The translations under genes and the position numbers were made by a program. 64,000 nucleotides of DNA from Sedimentisphaerales bacterium (GTDB taxonomy: Bacteria > Planctomycetota > Phycisphaerae > Sedimentisphaerales > SM23-30). Positions 51,612 to 61,914 of this stretch are shown in pieces (the stretch's first letter is position 1; every line of letters starts with the position of its first letter). Under the pieces are notes generated by a model. That model saw only the letters and a program-made list of their open reading frames with translations. It did no database searches and was not told the origin of the DNA. The DNA is taken from positions 32,001 through 96,000 of the forward strand of contig CAXXFK010000036.1 of the NCBI GenBank assembly GCA_963663965.2. Direction: 5' to 3'.

Positions 51612-52362
51612 TTTTGTGAAGTTCTTCCCATTTTTCGATTGCTTCTGGCCGACGCAGATAATTTGGAATCAGAGTATCGGGATCCGAAAAAAGTCCGGCT
51701 AGCGCGCGCTGCCAGCCACATTCATGAACATGAATTGCCTGGGGTTGGGCAAGTTCGGCAGGCAAAAGGAATACTTCTGGCTGGTTCTGAAATTTATGGA
51801 GATGGTATCGAATACCTTCTCCCAGCAGATAAAGAGGTTTGGGCGCACTCGCGATCAGTTCGGCGGGTTTGAGGGACAATTCAGGCATAATCAAATCATA
51901 ACCAGGGGCGTAACTTTCATTTGACGTTTGGGGATTCCAGAGATTATTGGCTTGGTAAACGGCAGTGAATACCTTGCCACGGCCAGCCTCTAATACGGAG
52001 GCTATGAAACAGGGGGATGAATTCAGGTCTGATAAGTATTCACGAGAAGCAAGAATCTGGGCTTCCAGACTTGGGACGGCAACAATTCTGACATGATGGG
52101 CAAATGCGAGCGCTTTAGCCAGTGTGACTGCGATCCGAATCCCGGTAAAACTTCCCGGGCCGTAGGATACAAACAGGCAGTCGATATCACTGGATGACCA
52201 GTTTTGCTCACTACATAACTTAGCCAGGGTAGGGATCAGTTCGCCAGAATGGCGTAATGCATCGCTAAATGATTTTTGGCAAATGACTTGAGGCCCAATG
52301 CCCGCGGCCAGATTGCCAACCCGGCCTGAGGTTTCTATAGTAATAATTTTCCAGTTATTCAT
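51604..52362 (-). CDS. tsaB: tRNA t6A37 biosynthesis protein TsaB
   Basis: IETS, H...L.P, GPGSFTGIRI, P.YLR; overlaps the dgt start by 8 bp. Confidence 0.92.
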   Translation of the reverse strand: MNNWKIITIETSGRVGNLAAGIGPQVICQKSFSDALRHSGELIPTLAKLCSEQNWSSSDIDCLFVSYGPGSFTGIRIAVTLAKALAFAHHVRIVAVPSLEAQILASREYLSDLNSSPCFIASVLEAGRGKVFTAVYQANNLWNPQTSNESYAPGYDLIMPELSLKPAELIASAPKPLYLLGEGIRYHLHKFQNQPEVFLLPAELAQPQAIHVHECGWQRALAGLFSDPDTLIPNYLRRPEAIEKWEELHKNA

Positions 52363-52937
52363 TTGGGATACTATAAATAGGAAATGGGTATTTATACAAT
52401 AATTTTTTGGTCAGGAAGAGGGAGAGACTCTGAAACTAGCGAAAAACCGGGGTGGAGACATATGAAATCATGCCTCTTCTCCGACGGTGTTTGATCGGGC
52501 AATGATAATGCAGATGTAAGTCTTTGTTTTTTGATAATATATGTTTGTATTATTCGCATTGATTTGGCGGACCTTTAAGTGCAGGTTGAATTTTTTTACG
52601 ATGAATCAGGCTGAAAGGTATTTATTTAAGTGTTTAATTTGTATAGTATTATGTCGCTCATGGCAACTATTGTGTTAAAAGGGAGGATTTGCATTAAAAG
52701 GCTGGCCCAAAACCGTAATCATGGTCACTTGCATTTGAGATCGTTATTGATTCCGGGCGATGAATTGATTATGATAAATCTAGTTAATTGAATCTTTTAA
52801 GTGTCCGTGCGCTGATCAATACGATCTGGCCAACTTTCGCATTTTTTGTTTGCAAGATATTTTATTATGCAATAGACTATTAAACTTGAAAAAGCCTAGA
52901 CAGGTAGTACAATGCATTAATATAACCTGCCGAAAGT

Positions 52938-52997
52938 AATCCTCATTGTCAGTGCTAAAAACACGGCAAATCCTCATTAACAGTATTCAAAACCGGC
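52938..52997 (+). repeat. Imperfect tandem direct repeat (31-bp period) upstream of secretin
   Basis: AATCCTCATTGTCAGTGCTAAAAACACGGC vs AATCCTCATTAACAGTATTCAAAACCGGC. Confidence 0.6.
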
Positions 52998-53119
52998 TTA
53001 ACTCAGGGTAAATTCACCCTGTCTGACTTGCAAAATGAAGTTGCCGTTTTGCGCAAAGTTTATTCGTAATATCCTTATACCAATTTACAGATCATGGCTG
53101 CTTTGTAAGGAGTGTTGCT

Positions 53120-56100
53120 TTGTATCACCAGAAATCATCTCAAAGCGTATTAAAAACCGTGGCAAGAATCGCGACGCAAGCTCTGGTCTGCTCGCTAATG
53201 CTTGGTGTTTTGGCTGTGAACGCTCAGGAAACCGGTGAGAACGGTTTATCGGAGGCACAGATCAAGGCTCGGCAAGATCGCGCCCAGCAATGGCTTGATA
53301 TTGCTGAAGCGGAGATCAAGCAACACATGTATGAGACGGCAGCCAAGGCGTTAAAAGACGCTTCCGCCTTTCAAGACATTCTGACTGATCGTCAGAAAAA
53401 GGAACTGGCCAAGTTGAATGAAGTCGCCGCCTCGGGTACGGAAGCCCAGGCCAATGTGGCGCTTGTGCTGGATATGGTCGAAGACCTGTTTGCAAACAAG
53501 AAGTATGGCGAAGCCAGGACCATGATCGAAAAAGCAGAGGCGAGCAAGAAATATCTGACGGATACTACCTTGAATAAACTGAAGGAATGGGATGCCAAAA
53601 TCGAGCTGGATATCAAGGACCAGAAATCGGCAATGATCAAGGTGTTTAAACAAAGCAAAGAATATTTTAAAGCGGGTCAGTTTGAAGAGGCGAAGATCGG
53701 ATTTGGTGATGTGATCAACAGCGGGGTCTCGTTATCGTTTTTCGATACGGGTGATTTCAGCGATGCTGCCGGTTATCTGGCAAAGATCGAAAAGGCTGAG
53801 ATGAAGGCCGTGGAAAAGGAAGCCAGGCGCGCAGAGGAAGCATTGGCCGCCGCTGAAAAAGAAGCGGCCAAAGCCGATGCCGCCGCCCAAAAGGCCGCCG
53901 CGCAATCCGCCAGGAAAACAGCTGAGCAGGAAACTGTGGATACTGCCAAGCCGGATATGGCGAGCCAGGCTGTTGTCGTACCGCAAACTGAGGTGAAAGA
54001 GAATGTGGTTGTCGTTGTGGCGGAACCTGCCCCGGTTAAAGAAAAACCAGTCGCCAAACGTAAAAAGGGTGAACTGACTGCCGGCGAAATAGAAAAGATC
54101 AAAAATCTTCTGGCTCAGGCTGAAAGTTCCATTGCCCGTGAGAATTATGAGCAAGCCAAGACGTACTATATGGAAGTATTGGCGGTTGATCCGGAAAATC
54201 AGATCGCTGCTGATGGCATCAAAGCCGTTAATCATCTGATAGCGATGCCCAGGCCGGTGCGGACCAAGGATGTCCCCAGCATACTGGAACGTTACTCCAC
54301 TCAGATTGATTTGCAAATTCAAGCCGTTGAAGCGGACTGGCTGGCTGCCAAGGCGCGCATTGAGAATCTGCGTGGCTTGAAACAATATGAAAACGCCATT
54401 TCCGAGGTGAGTCAGGCGATCAGCCGTTTTGAGGCGACGCGTCAAACCCTGGGAGATGCCAAATATGTCAGTCTGAAAAATGAGGCCAATGGGATCCTTG
54501 CCAATCTGGAAAAAGAACAAAAACAGGCTCAAGAGTCGATTTTGACCCAGCGGATTCTGCAGGCGGAAAAAGAGGAACAACTTCGCCAGGAGAAAGCGCG
54601 TTCCGAACGTGAGAGCAAGGTGAAAGAATTGTTTGATCTGGCTGAGAAAGCGCGCCAGAACCAGGAATATGAAAATGGTATTACCACACTGGAGCGTTTG
54701 CTGACGATTGATCCAACCAATAGAGAAGCTTTGGCGTTGAAAGGTTCGTTGGAAGATTTGAAATTTTTCCGGGATCAGGTTGAAGTTGCCCGCCGGGCCG
54801 ACCGTGAAGAACAAAAAGTACTGCTTGAGTCTGATGAAGCTGCCACTCCCTATTCGGACCGTTATCGATTCCCGGAAAAAGAAGAGTGGGATCGAATCAC
54901 CCGGATGCGCAAAGAACCAGAAAGCGAAAAAGACACGCGCAAGCAGGATGTGGAGGCGATCCTTAACTCCAAACTGATCAACTTGACAGTTTCGGATTAC
55001 GAACTGAGTCAAGTCGTTCGCACCATCAGCAGTGAGACGGGATTGAATATTCTGGTGCTCTGGAATGATTTGAATATCGCTGGAATTATGGAAGATGATC
55101 TGGTCAGCGTTCAATTAGTCAATGTCCCGGCCGGTAAAGCGCTGGATCGGGTATTGGAATATGTATCCGGAGGCAAGTATGGACGAGCCGGTTTTGAAGT
55201 GGATGAACAAGGTATTGTCAACGTCAAGCAGGTAGGCGATACTTACGGTTATACTCTGCGAACCTATTACGTTGCCGATCTGATTGAGTCCTCCAATTCG
55301 AACATGATGGGTGGCATGGGTGGCATGGGCGGTATGGGCGGTGGCGGTTACGGTGGCCGGGGTGGCATGGGCGGCATGGGCGGTGGCGGTTACGGTGGAC
55401 GTGGTGGAAGCTATGGTAGTAGCGGCAGCAGTCGCAGCAGTAACCGAAGCAGCTTTGGCGGCGGCAATCGCAATTATGGCGGCGGCGGATTAGGCCGCGG
55501 CTACTATGAAGTATTGCCTGGAACCGAACCCATTGAAACGGGATCTCAATCGGAAGGCCTTAATGCCGAGATCGACAATATTTCTTATGATTCTTATTAT
55601 CCGAATTCATCAAACAACAAGGCCAATCAAAATGCTCAGGCTAAAAATGCCCAGAATGGGGATTTGCGAGTCGTCGAAACCCAGTTTGGCGGTATGGGCA
55701 TGATGGGTGGCGGTATGGGTATGATGGGCGGCGGTATGGGCGGCATGGGCAGAATGGGCGGTATGGGTGGCATGGGCGGTATGGGCGGTATGATGGGCGG
55801 CGGTATGGGTGGTATGGGTGGTATGGGCGGTATGGGCGGCATGATGGGGGGTATGGGTGGCGGCAACTTTTATGAACAATATCAGTTGCAGTATTTAATC
55901 ATGTCGACTATTGAACCGGATACCTGGATGGGAATGGGGATGATGAATCAACAGATGGGGCAGCAGGGATTGCAACAGGGCCAGCAGGGGCAAACCGTTA
56001 CCTCAACTTCAGGTATGGGGCGTGGAACAATTATGTTCTACAAAAATTCCTGGATGAATGTCTATCAAACCGAATCGGTACATAAAAAAATCGATGAGTT

Positions 56101-57004
56101 GCTGGCGAAACTGAGAACAACCATTGGTGATCAGGTTGCCATTGAAGCCAGGTTCCTGCAGATCAGCAATAACTTTATCGAAGATATCGGCATGGATGTT
56201 GATTTCCTGATTAACATGGGCAATAACGGTTTCAATAACGAGTATTGGACCGATGTCACAGGCACTTCGGCTAGTGATGAATATACCAGTCCTCCGCCTG
56301 CAACTTCGGTGCCTGGTTCGCTGGGCGGCGCCGGGGCGCCAACCGCTTTCACCTTACAGGGTTCTTTCCTGGATAATATCCAAGTGGATTTCCTCTTACG
56401 TGCCACACAGGCCCATAACCGTAACCGGACGCTGGTTGCGCCTCATGTGACGGTGTTTAACGGTGAACCTGCCATGGTCAGTTTCCGAACGGATACCAAC
56501 TATGTGCGTGGGGCGACCCCGGTGGTGGGTTATGGCATCGGTTTATATGAGTTGGAAATCGACACAGATTCTTCGGGTATCGAACTGTACGTCACCCCGG
56601 TTATTTCCAAGGATAAACGATATGTTCAGTTGAATGTTCAATTTACCCAGGAAATCACCCGTGCGATTCAGACCTTCAATTCCGCAACCGGCGCGGAGGC
56701 TCCGGATTCCACTGAGCCCATTTTTGACGCGCCGACAGTGACCATTCAGGAGCCGATTAAGGATATCAATGAGATCACCACTCACGTCGCGGTACCGGAT
56801 GGCGGCACGTTGTTGCTGGGTGGTCAGAAGATTGTGGGTGAGGCTGAGCGCGAAAGCGGCGTTCCAGGATTGAGCAAGATCCCAATTATCAATCGTTTGT
56901 TTGCGAACCGATCGTCGGTTCAGGATGAAAGTGTACTGCTTATCCTGTTGAAACCGAAGATTATCCTGCAGAGCGAAGAAGAAGAAGTGCGATTTGGGTT
57001 CTGA
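53120..57004 (+). CDS. Giant secretin (GspD/PilQ family) with N-terminal TPR/coiled-coil region and Gly/Met-rich insertions
   Basis: C-terminal QV.IEARFL, APHVTVFNG, L.VTP.IS.D.RYV, V.VPDGGTLLLGG, GVPGLSKIP...RLF, LILLKPKII; RTYYVADL N3-type motif; TPR-like AK.YY..VLA.DP.N; TTG start after AAGGAG. Confidence 0.9.
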   Translation: MYHQKSSQSVLKTVARIATQALVCSLMLGVLAVNAQETGENGLSEAQIKARQDRAQQWLDIAEAEIKQHMYETAAKALKDASAFQDILTDRQKKELAKLNEVAASGTEAQANVALVLDMVEDLFANKKYGEARTMIEKAEASKKYLTDTTLNKLKEWDAKIELDIKDQKSAMIKVFKQSKEYFKAGQFEEAKIGFGDVINSGVSLSFFDTGDFSDAAGYLAKIEKAEMKAVEKEARRAEEALAAAEKEAAKADAAAQKAAAQSARKTAEQETVDTAKPDMASQAVVVPQTEVKENVVVVVAEPAPVKEKPVAKRKKGELTAGEIEKIKNLLAQAESSIARENYEQAKTYYMEVLAVDPENQIAADGIKAVNHLIAMPRPVRTKDVPSILERYSTQIDLQIQAVEADWLAAKARIENLRGLKQYENAISEVSQAISRFEATRQTLGDAKYVSLKNEANGILANLEKEQKQAQESILTQRILQAEKEEQLRQEKARSERESKVKELFDLAEKARQNQEYENGITTLERLLTIDPTNREALALKGSLEDLKFFRDQVEVARRADREEQKVLLESDEAATPYSDRYRFPEKEEWDRITRMRKEPESEKDTRKQDVEAILNSKLINLTVSDYELSQVVRTISSETGLNILVLWNDLNIAGIMEDDLVSVQLVNVPAGKALDRVLEYVSGGKYGRAGFEVDEQGIVNVKQVGDTYGYTLRTYYVADLIESSNSNMMGGMGGMGGMGGGGYGGRGGMGGMGGGGYGGRGGSYGSSGSSRSSNRSSFGGGNRNYGGGGLGRGYYEVLPGTEPIETGSQSEGLNAEIDNISYDSYYPNSSNNKANQNAQAKNAQNGDLRVVETQFGGMGMMGGGMGMMGGGMGGMGRMGGMGGMGGMGGMMGGGMGGMGGMGGMGGMMGGMGGGNFYEQYQLQYLIMSTIEPDTWMGMGMMNQQMGQQGLQQGQQGQTVTSTSGMGRGTIMFYKNSWMNVYQTESVHKKIDELLAKLRTTIGDQVAIEARFLQISNNFIEDIGMDVDFLINMGNNGFNNEYWTDVTGTSASDEYTSPPPATSVPGSLGGAGAPTAFTLQGSFLDNIQVDFLLRATQAHNRNRTLVAPHVTVFNGEPAMVSFRTDTNYVRGATPVVGYGIGLYELEIDTDSSGIELYVTPVISKDKRYVQLNVQFTQEITRAIQTFNSATGAEAPDSTEPIFDAPTVTIQEPIKDINEITTHVAVPDGGTLLLGGQKIVGEAERESGVPGLSKIPIINRLFANRSSVQDESVLLILLKPKIILQSEEEEVRFGF
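55305..55866 (+). repeat. Two coding low-complexity tracts (GGM/GGYGGRGG repeats) inside the secretin
   Basis: (GGY-GGY-ATG)n arrays at ~55305-55500 and ~55688-55866. Confidence 0.9.
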
Positions 57005-57043
57005 TGGTATCCGAAAAGTAGTTTTCGATATTAAATAATCATC

Positions 57044-57080
57044 AAGGCGGACAGTCGATGGACGGTTCGCCTTTTTTCTT
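57044..57080 (+). terminator. Intrinsic terminator after secretin
   Basis: AAGGCGGAC...GTTCGCCTT stem followed by T-run. Confidence 0.65.
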
Positions 57081-57247
57081 TAAACCGAGTCGCCCTTTTC
57101 ATATTACAGGTTGCTTAATGATATGGAAATATGTTTTTTTATCGGCCTGAATGAGTTTTCAAAGGCGCTTTAAGGTAAAGAATAAATTTAACATTATCCT
57201 CATAGGTAATTTGATTTCAGTCGATAATTCAAAAAGCGAGTTGTGGT

Positions 57248-58276
57248 TTGAAAAAAAAGAAACAAGTCAGTTTAAAGCAAATTGCCGAGGCGACCCAATT
57301 ATCCATTACTACGGTATCGCGAGTATTACGAAATCAAGGGGAGATCACCCAGGAAACCCGGGATCGGGTATTGAAAGTAGCCCGGGAGTTGAACTATCGG
57401 CCGAATTTGTTAATCCAGGGGATTCAGACGGGTAGAACCCGTAATGTCGGCGTGATGGTACCGCCTTATGACGCGTATTGGGCCGAGGTATTGAAGGGGA
57501 TTCACGATACCCTGGTCAAATATGATTATGCCCCTATTATGGTTTGGGATGAAGTGGACCCCGCGCCGGAAAACAAAGAATTATTTGTGTTACAACAGAT
57601 GCACCGATTGATAGATAGGCGCGTCGATGGTGTGATTTTGTGGCCGAAAGTCAGCGAAGTGTATGGTTCACATCTGGATGAGTTGGAGTCGAGGAATCTG
57701 CCGGTCGTGACGATCGATCATGAACTGGATTTCGCCGATTCCGTCGTTACTGATGAAAGACAGGGCGCCGAACTGGTCGCCAAATATTTGTACGGACTGG
57801 GGCACCGTCGTATCGGGCATCTGGCCGGGCATCAGCAATGGACCTGGGCGAAACTGCGTCGTCGTTATTTTGAAGAGGCTCTGGCGGAGTTTCACGATGT
57901 GAAATATTTCATGCAAGCCGGATCGGATGATGCCGATAAAATCCCCCAGGCGGCTTTGGAATTGTTGGAAAAGAAACCCACCGCGATTTTCGCCTGTAGC
58001 GACTGGGTCGCTTTTGAAATCTATAATGTCGCATATGAACAGGGGATCCGGATTCCCGATGAGGTATCGGTGGTGGGTTATAGTGATTCGCATAAATTAA
58101 CACGGGTGATCAATCCTCCCTTGACCACGGTGCGACAAAGGCCTCGAAAAATAGGGATTCAGGCGGCGACACTTTTAATGGATCGACTGAATAACAGCAG
58201 TGAGGTATCCAGCAAGCGGATACGCAATGTGATGGAATGCGAATTGACGATACGCAATTCATGCCGGCAAAAATAG
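57248..58276 (+). CDS. LacI family transcriptional regulator
   Basis: SLKQIAE....SITTVSRVL, TR.RV...A.ELNYRPN, LGHRRIG, IPDEVSVVG, PPLTTV.Q. Confidence 0.94.
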   Translation: MKKKKQVSLKQIAEATQLSITTVSRVLRNQGEITQETRDRVLKVARELNYRPNLLIQGIQTGRTRNVGVMVPPYDAYWAEVLKGIHDTLVKYDYAPIMVWDEVDPAPENKELFVLQQMHRLIDRRVDGVILWPKVSEVYGSHLDELESRNLPVVTIDHELDFADSVVTDERQGAELVAKYLYGLGHRRIGHLAGHQQWTWAKLRRRYFEEALAEFHDVKYFMQAGSDDADKIPQAALELLEKKPTAIFACSDWVAFEIYNVAYEQGIRIPDEVSVVGYSDSHKLTRVINPPLTTVRQRPRKIGIQAATLLMDRLNNSSEVSSKRIRNVMECELTIRNSCRQK

Positions 58277-58302
58277 GAACGGTTAGAAAGTTCTCATATT
58301 AT

Positions 58303-60654
58303 TTAAGGACAGGCATAATGCCAGCTTTGAGATAATCTGGAATAATCCTTCAGATTGACGTGATGGTCATTATTGTAATCCGCGGTCGAACCGGTACCCT
58401 CGGTAAGCCATTGGTTTGTAAGTTCGATGAGATCGGACAAGTCTCCGATACAAACTGGATATATCTTCAGGGCGATATCGCGTTCAAACGCAGGAGCAAT
58501 ACAATTGAGGAGACCGTTGGTCGATTGGGTCGTCTGGCTGGCAATGATTCCACCGGTATTGCGTGTGTCGTAAAAATCGGCCTGATAGCGACCATCGTTG
58601 AGCCCCCGAATGGTAATCAATTCATCCGTAAAGACGCCACAGGGGATTTTTCCATACTGGCTCATGGTATCGTAAATCCAGATCAAAGCCCGATCGTCTT
58701 TGATCAGGCCGATGGAATCAAGCGGATTGTTTCCGGATTTAAATTCGTAGGCATTGATTTTAAACCAATCCCGTCCGTTATTGACTATCTGGACATTAAG
58801 GGGGCCAGCCGGTAAGGGGACTGAGATGGTAAAATTGTTATGTCCGGCCGGATAAGTGGCATTGAACGTTTCCTGTGCATTAACCAGAACTCGAATTTTA
58901 CCTTCGCTGTAACTCGATACTTCCTGAACGTGTATCAGAAGCTGGCCGGATTGTGGCAGGGTGAGGATGAATGTTGGATCAGAGCGATAAGCGTTATGCC
59001 AGGAGCCTTGTAAGTATTGAGGCAGCTTATCCATATCAGGAAAAGAACCATTTTGCAGGGTGAATAGGGTTTGAACCGGGATGTAGGAAAAATCCCAGAC
59101 CTGGGGGATAGCGGAAATTGGGGCCAGCCCGCTGACAACACGTTCAGCCGGATGCATATTGCTGAGATCTTCGTTTTGAACATATTGATGAAGCGGAGCA
59201 AAGGCGTGATAAAGCTGGTAAGGTTCGATGTAACTGTCCCACCACCAGAGATGGGCGCTGCTATTGGCATGAAAACTACTCCAGATTCCGTTATGAATTA
59301 CTAATCCATCCAGCAACTGGCTCTGATAGGGTTCGGGTAAATCCGGCAAATTAGTTTCCGAGTTTAGTCCATTGACCGACCCGGCGCCGTATTCTCCGAT
59401 AATAACCGGTTTCTGATACAGCGCAGCCATGTCATGAGCCGCGCTGCGAAACGGGCCAATGACCGGGGTGCCATAATGATGAATCTGTACCAGGTCGATG
59501 TTGGGGAGATTCCAGATATTTTCAAAACCACTGGCATGGGAACTCGTGGTGATTAAGTGGCGGTGGGGATCTATGGCGCGAATATAATCAGACATTTCCC
59601 GGTGCCAGTTGATTACTGAGGATGGATTCAAACGCCAGCCGTCAGTAAACTGGACTTCATTGAATAACTCCCAGGCCAGAATAGCTGGAGAATAGCCCCA
59701 GCGAGCAACAATATAACGGCATTTGTTGCGCGTGAGGTTCCGGGCTTGGGTATCCGTAAAGAAATCTTCAGCGTTTGGTAAAAAACCACCGTCATCCGGT
59801 CGATTGGCATTGTAGGGGTTATCCGCCCAGTTGGCATTGGTCGTGGTGCTGAAAGCGCCGTGGTATAACAGGACCAGTTGGAGGCCGATCCCATAATTTT
59901 CTGCCAGTTCGATCAGGCTGTCAATCCGCTGAGCCGTTTGCATGCTATACTGTCCTGCACCGGAAAAATTGCCGCTCCAGTGATCTTTGGTCCATTCGAG
60001 AATCACCCAGCCATCGTTCCCCCAGGGACACATCCAGACACGCGTCCAGTTTTCTCCTGCCAGGGACATTTGGGAGAAGTAACTCTGACAATCAGCCAGT
60101 TCTTTGGGGAGCCAGCAGACATTATGGCCGATATTGATGCGCGGTGAGCCGTTGCTGTAACGCAGGCAGGTTGAATCGGTGGCATCGATTTGTATAAATC
60201 CCGGTCGATTGCCCTGAATACATTCAAAAGAATTCACGTTGGTAAAATGGGTTGTCCCTTGTGCATCGGTGATAAATATGTCCAAAGTATGAATACCAAT
60301 CCGTGAAGGAGCGTAGCGGATTTTCCAGCCTTCGATGCCTGGATTACGATAGCGTTCGGGGGCAAAACCGCTGACTTCGTATTCCCGATAATAAAATGCC
60401 GGGACATGTATTTGAGAAGAATCCGGAAGAGATATCACGGCTTGGATATCGATAATTTCGGGATCGAAAGGATTTGAATAAGTAGTGTCTAAGGAAAAAG
60501 TCAGTTCGTACTTGCGATATTGTTCAATTTGAACAGCGTTGGATGATTTTTTTAAAATTTGTATCCCAAAAACATTAGAAAATGGAAAGAGAGAATATAG
60601 TAAAATACTACCAATAAGCCCTGGTTTCAAAAACCTATTCAGATATTGGTTCAT
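58303..60654 (-). CDS. Secreted DUF5060-like + GH5-like glycoside hydrolase (probable beta-mannanase) with dockerin-like tail
   Basis: Y.NPFDP...W.IRYAP, RYIVARWGYS..ILAWEL.NE (acid/base), KPVIIGEYG (nucleophile); tail DLSDLIELTNQWL...ADYNNDHHVNLKDYSRLSQSW; mannan-gene context. Confidence 0.78.
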   Translation of the reverse strand: MNQYLNRFLKPGLIGSILLYSLFPFSNVFGIQILKKSSNAVQIEQYRKYELTFSLDTTYSNPFDPEIIDIQAVISLPDSSQIHVPAFYYREYEVSGFAPERYRNPGIEGWKIRYAPSRIGIHTLDIFITDAQGTTHFTNVNSFECIQGNRPGFIQIDATDSTCLRYSNGSPRINIGHNVCWLPKELADCQSYFSQMSLAGENWTRVWMCPWGNDGWVILEWTKDHWSGNFSGAGQYSMQTAQRIDSLIELAENYGIGLQLVLLYHGAFSTTTNANWADNPYNANRPDDGGFLPNAEDFFTDTQARNLTRNKCRYIVARWGYSPAILAWELFNEVQFTDGWRLNPSSVINWHREMSDYIRAIDPHRHLITTSSHASGFENIWNLPNIDLVQIHHYGTPVIGPFRSAAHDMAALYQKPVIIGEYGAGSVNGLNSETNLPDLPEPYQSQLLDGLVIHNGIWSSFHANSSAHLWWWDSYIEPYQLYHAFAPLHQYVQNEDLSNMHPAERVVSGLAPISAIPQVWDFSYIPVQTLFTLQNGSFPDMDKLPQYLQGSWHNAYRSDPTFILTLPQSGQLLIHVQEVSSYSEGKIRVLVNAQETFNATYPAGHNNFTISVPLPAGPLNVQIVNNGRDWFKINAYEFKSGNNPLDSIGLIKDDRALIWIYDTMSQYGKIPCGVFTDELITIRGLNDGRYQADFYDTRNTGGIIASQTTQSTNGLLNCIAPAFERDIALKIYPVCIGDLSDLIELTNQWLTEGTGSTADYNNDHHVNLKDYSRLSQSWHYACP

Positions 60655-60723
60655 AACATTTCTCCTTACTCAACCGAAGTCGCATAATTAACCTGGAATC
60701 AGGATAAAAGGTTCGTTATTATC

Positions 60724-61914
60724 TCAATCGGTATTTATTGGATTGTATTTAAGGTTTTTTTGAATCATCTCGATACGTTGCCGGACACACGAGGTGGATC
60801 GAGTTCCATCCGGTGGGGTATGACAGACATAATCCAGCAGAACTGCCAGGGGACTGGATGCGACATGAAGGCGGGTATCGGATGAACCATAGTAGAGATA
60901 GACCATATCATTCTCATCCAGAATCCAGCCGTTGCTGAACAGGACATTGGAGACATCTCCGACGCGTTCGGAGCCCTCCGGAGCCATGAAGTAACCGCCG
61001 GGGCAATGAGTGACTTTCCAGGGTTCGGAAAGGCCGGTCAGGAATAGATAAAGTACGTAGCGTAAGCCGGCGGCAGAGTTACGCACGCCGTGCGCCAGAT
61101 GCAGCCAGCCGATTGGGGTTTTAATGGGGGCCGGGCCCTGGCCGTTTTTGGATTCTTTGATGGTATGATATATTTTGGGATCAATGATCGTTTCTTTCAC
61201 AATGGGATCGCCCATTCGGGGAGTGAGCCCCCAACCGATACCGCCGCCAGATCCAGTATCAATAAAACTATCCTGCGGTCGCGTGTAAAAAGCATATTGA
61301 TGATCGACGAATTCCGGATGAAGCACGGCGTTGCGCTGTTGCGATGCCGGGGTGACCAGATTGGGTAGTCGTTCCCAGTCGATCAGATTTTTAGACCGGA
61401 TAATTCCGGCCTGGGCAACCGCCGCCGATGTATCACCTGCATGGGCAGCGGGATCCTTGTATTCCACGCAAAAGACCCCGTAGATCCAGCCATCTTCGTG
61501 GTAGGTGAGACGCATATCGTAGTGGTTAGTTTCGCTGGCGTCCAGTTCAGGAATGAGGATAGGATAATCATGGAATGTAAAACCATCGATGGGAGAGTGG
61601 CTTTCAGCGATGGCAAAGAAAGATTTACGATCCCATCCCTCGATACGCGGCATCAGTATATAGCGATCGTCGATTTTGATGGCTCCGGAATTGAAAACGG
61701 CATTGATGCCCATGCGTTGGAGCAAATAAGGATTGGTTTGATAGTCAAAATCAAAGCGCCAGGCTGGGGGGATATGTCCGGCATCCAGAACCGGGAATTC
61801 ATAGCGTTGATAAAGCCCATGGTCATGAGGACAGGGATGATTGATGCGCGCCATAAACGTGTGGTAATCGGATTGGATTTTTACAACTTTTTGTTTGAAT
61901 TCAATTTTGTTCAT
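60724..61914 (-). CDS. 4-O-beta-D-mannosyl-D-glucose phosphorylase (GH130)
   Basis: NAVFNSGAI, R.EG.DRKSFFA.AES, YDMRLT.HEDGWIYG.FC, QQRN.VLHPEFV, KNGQGP.PIKT, GDVSNV.F.NGW. Confidence 0.92.
   Translation of the reverse strand: MNKIEFKQKVVKIQSDYHTFMARINHPCPHDHGLYQRYEFPVLDAGHIPPAWRFDFDYQTNPYLLQRMGINAVFNSGAIKIDDRYILMPRIEGWDRKSFFAIAESHSPIDGFTFHDYPILIPELDASETNHYDMRLTYHEDGWIYGVFCVEYKDPAAHAGDTSAAVAQAGIIRSKNLIDWERLPNLVTPASQQRNAVLHPEFVDHQYAFYTRPQDSFIDTGSGGGIGWGLTPRMGDPIVKETIIDPKIYHTIKESKNGQGPAPIKTPIGWLHLAHGVRNSAAGLRYVLYLFLTGLSEPWKVTHCPGGYFMAPEGSERVGDVSNVLFSNGWILDENDMVYLYYGSSDTRLHVASSPLAVLLDYVCHTPPDGTRSTSCVRQRIEMIQKNLKYNPINTD

Noticed and set aside
52920..53060. c-di-GMP-I riboswitch upstream of secretin
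   Set aside because: GGCAAA...TTGCC is present, but the GAAA-tetraloop P2 and GACGCAAAG/receptor core are not in the proper order.
53732..55114. 460-aa minus-strand ORF
   Set aside because: Antisense to the secretin; Phe/Leu-rich mirror of Lys/Glu codons.
55305..55866. CRISPR array or non-coding satellite
   Set aside because: Repeats are in-frame Gly/Met codons with no spacers and no cas genes nearby.
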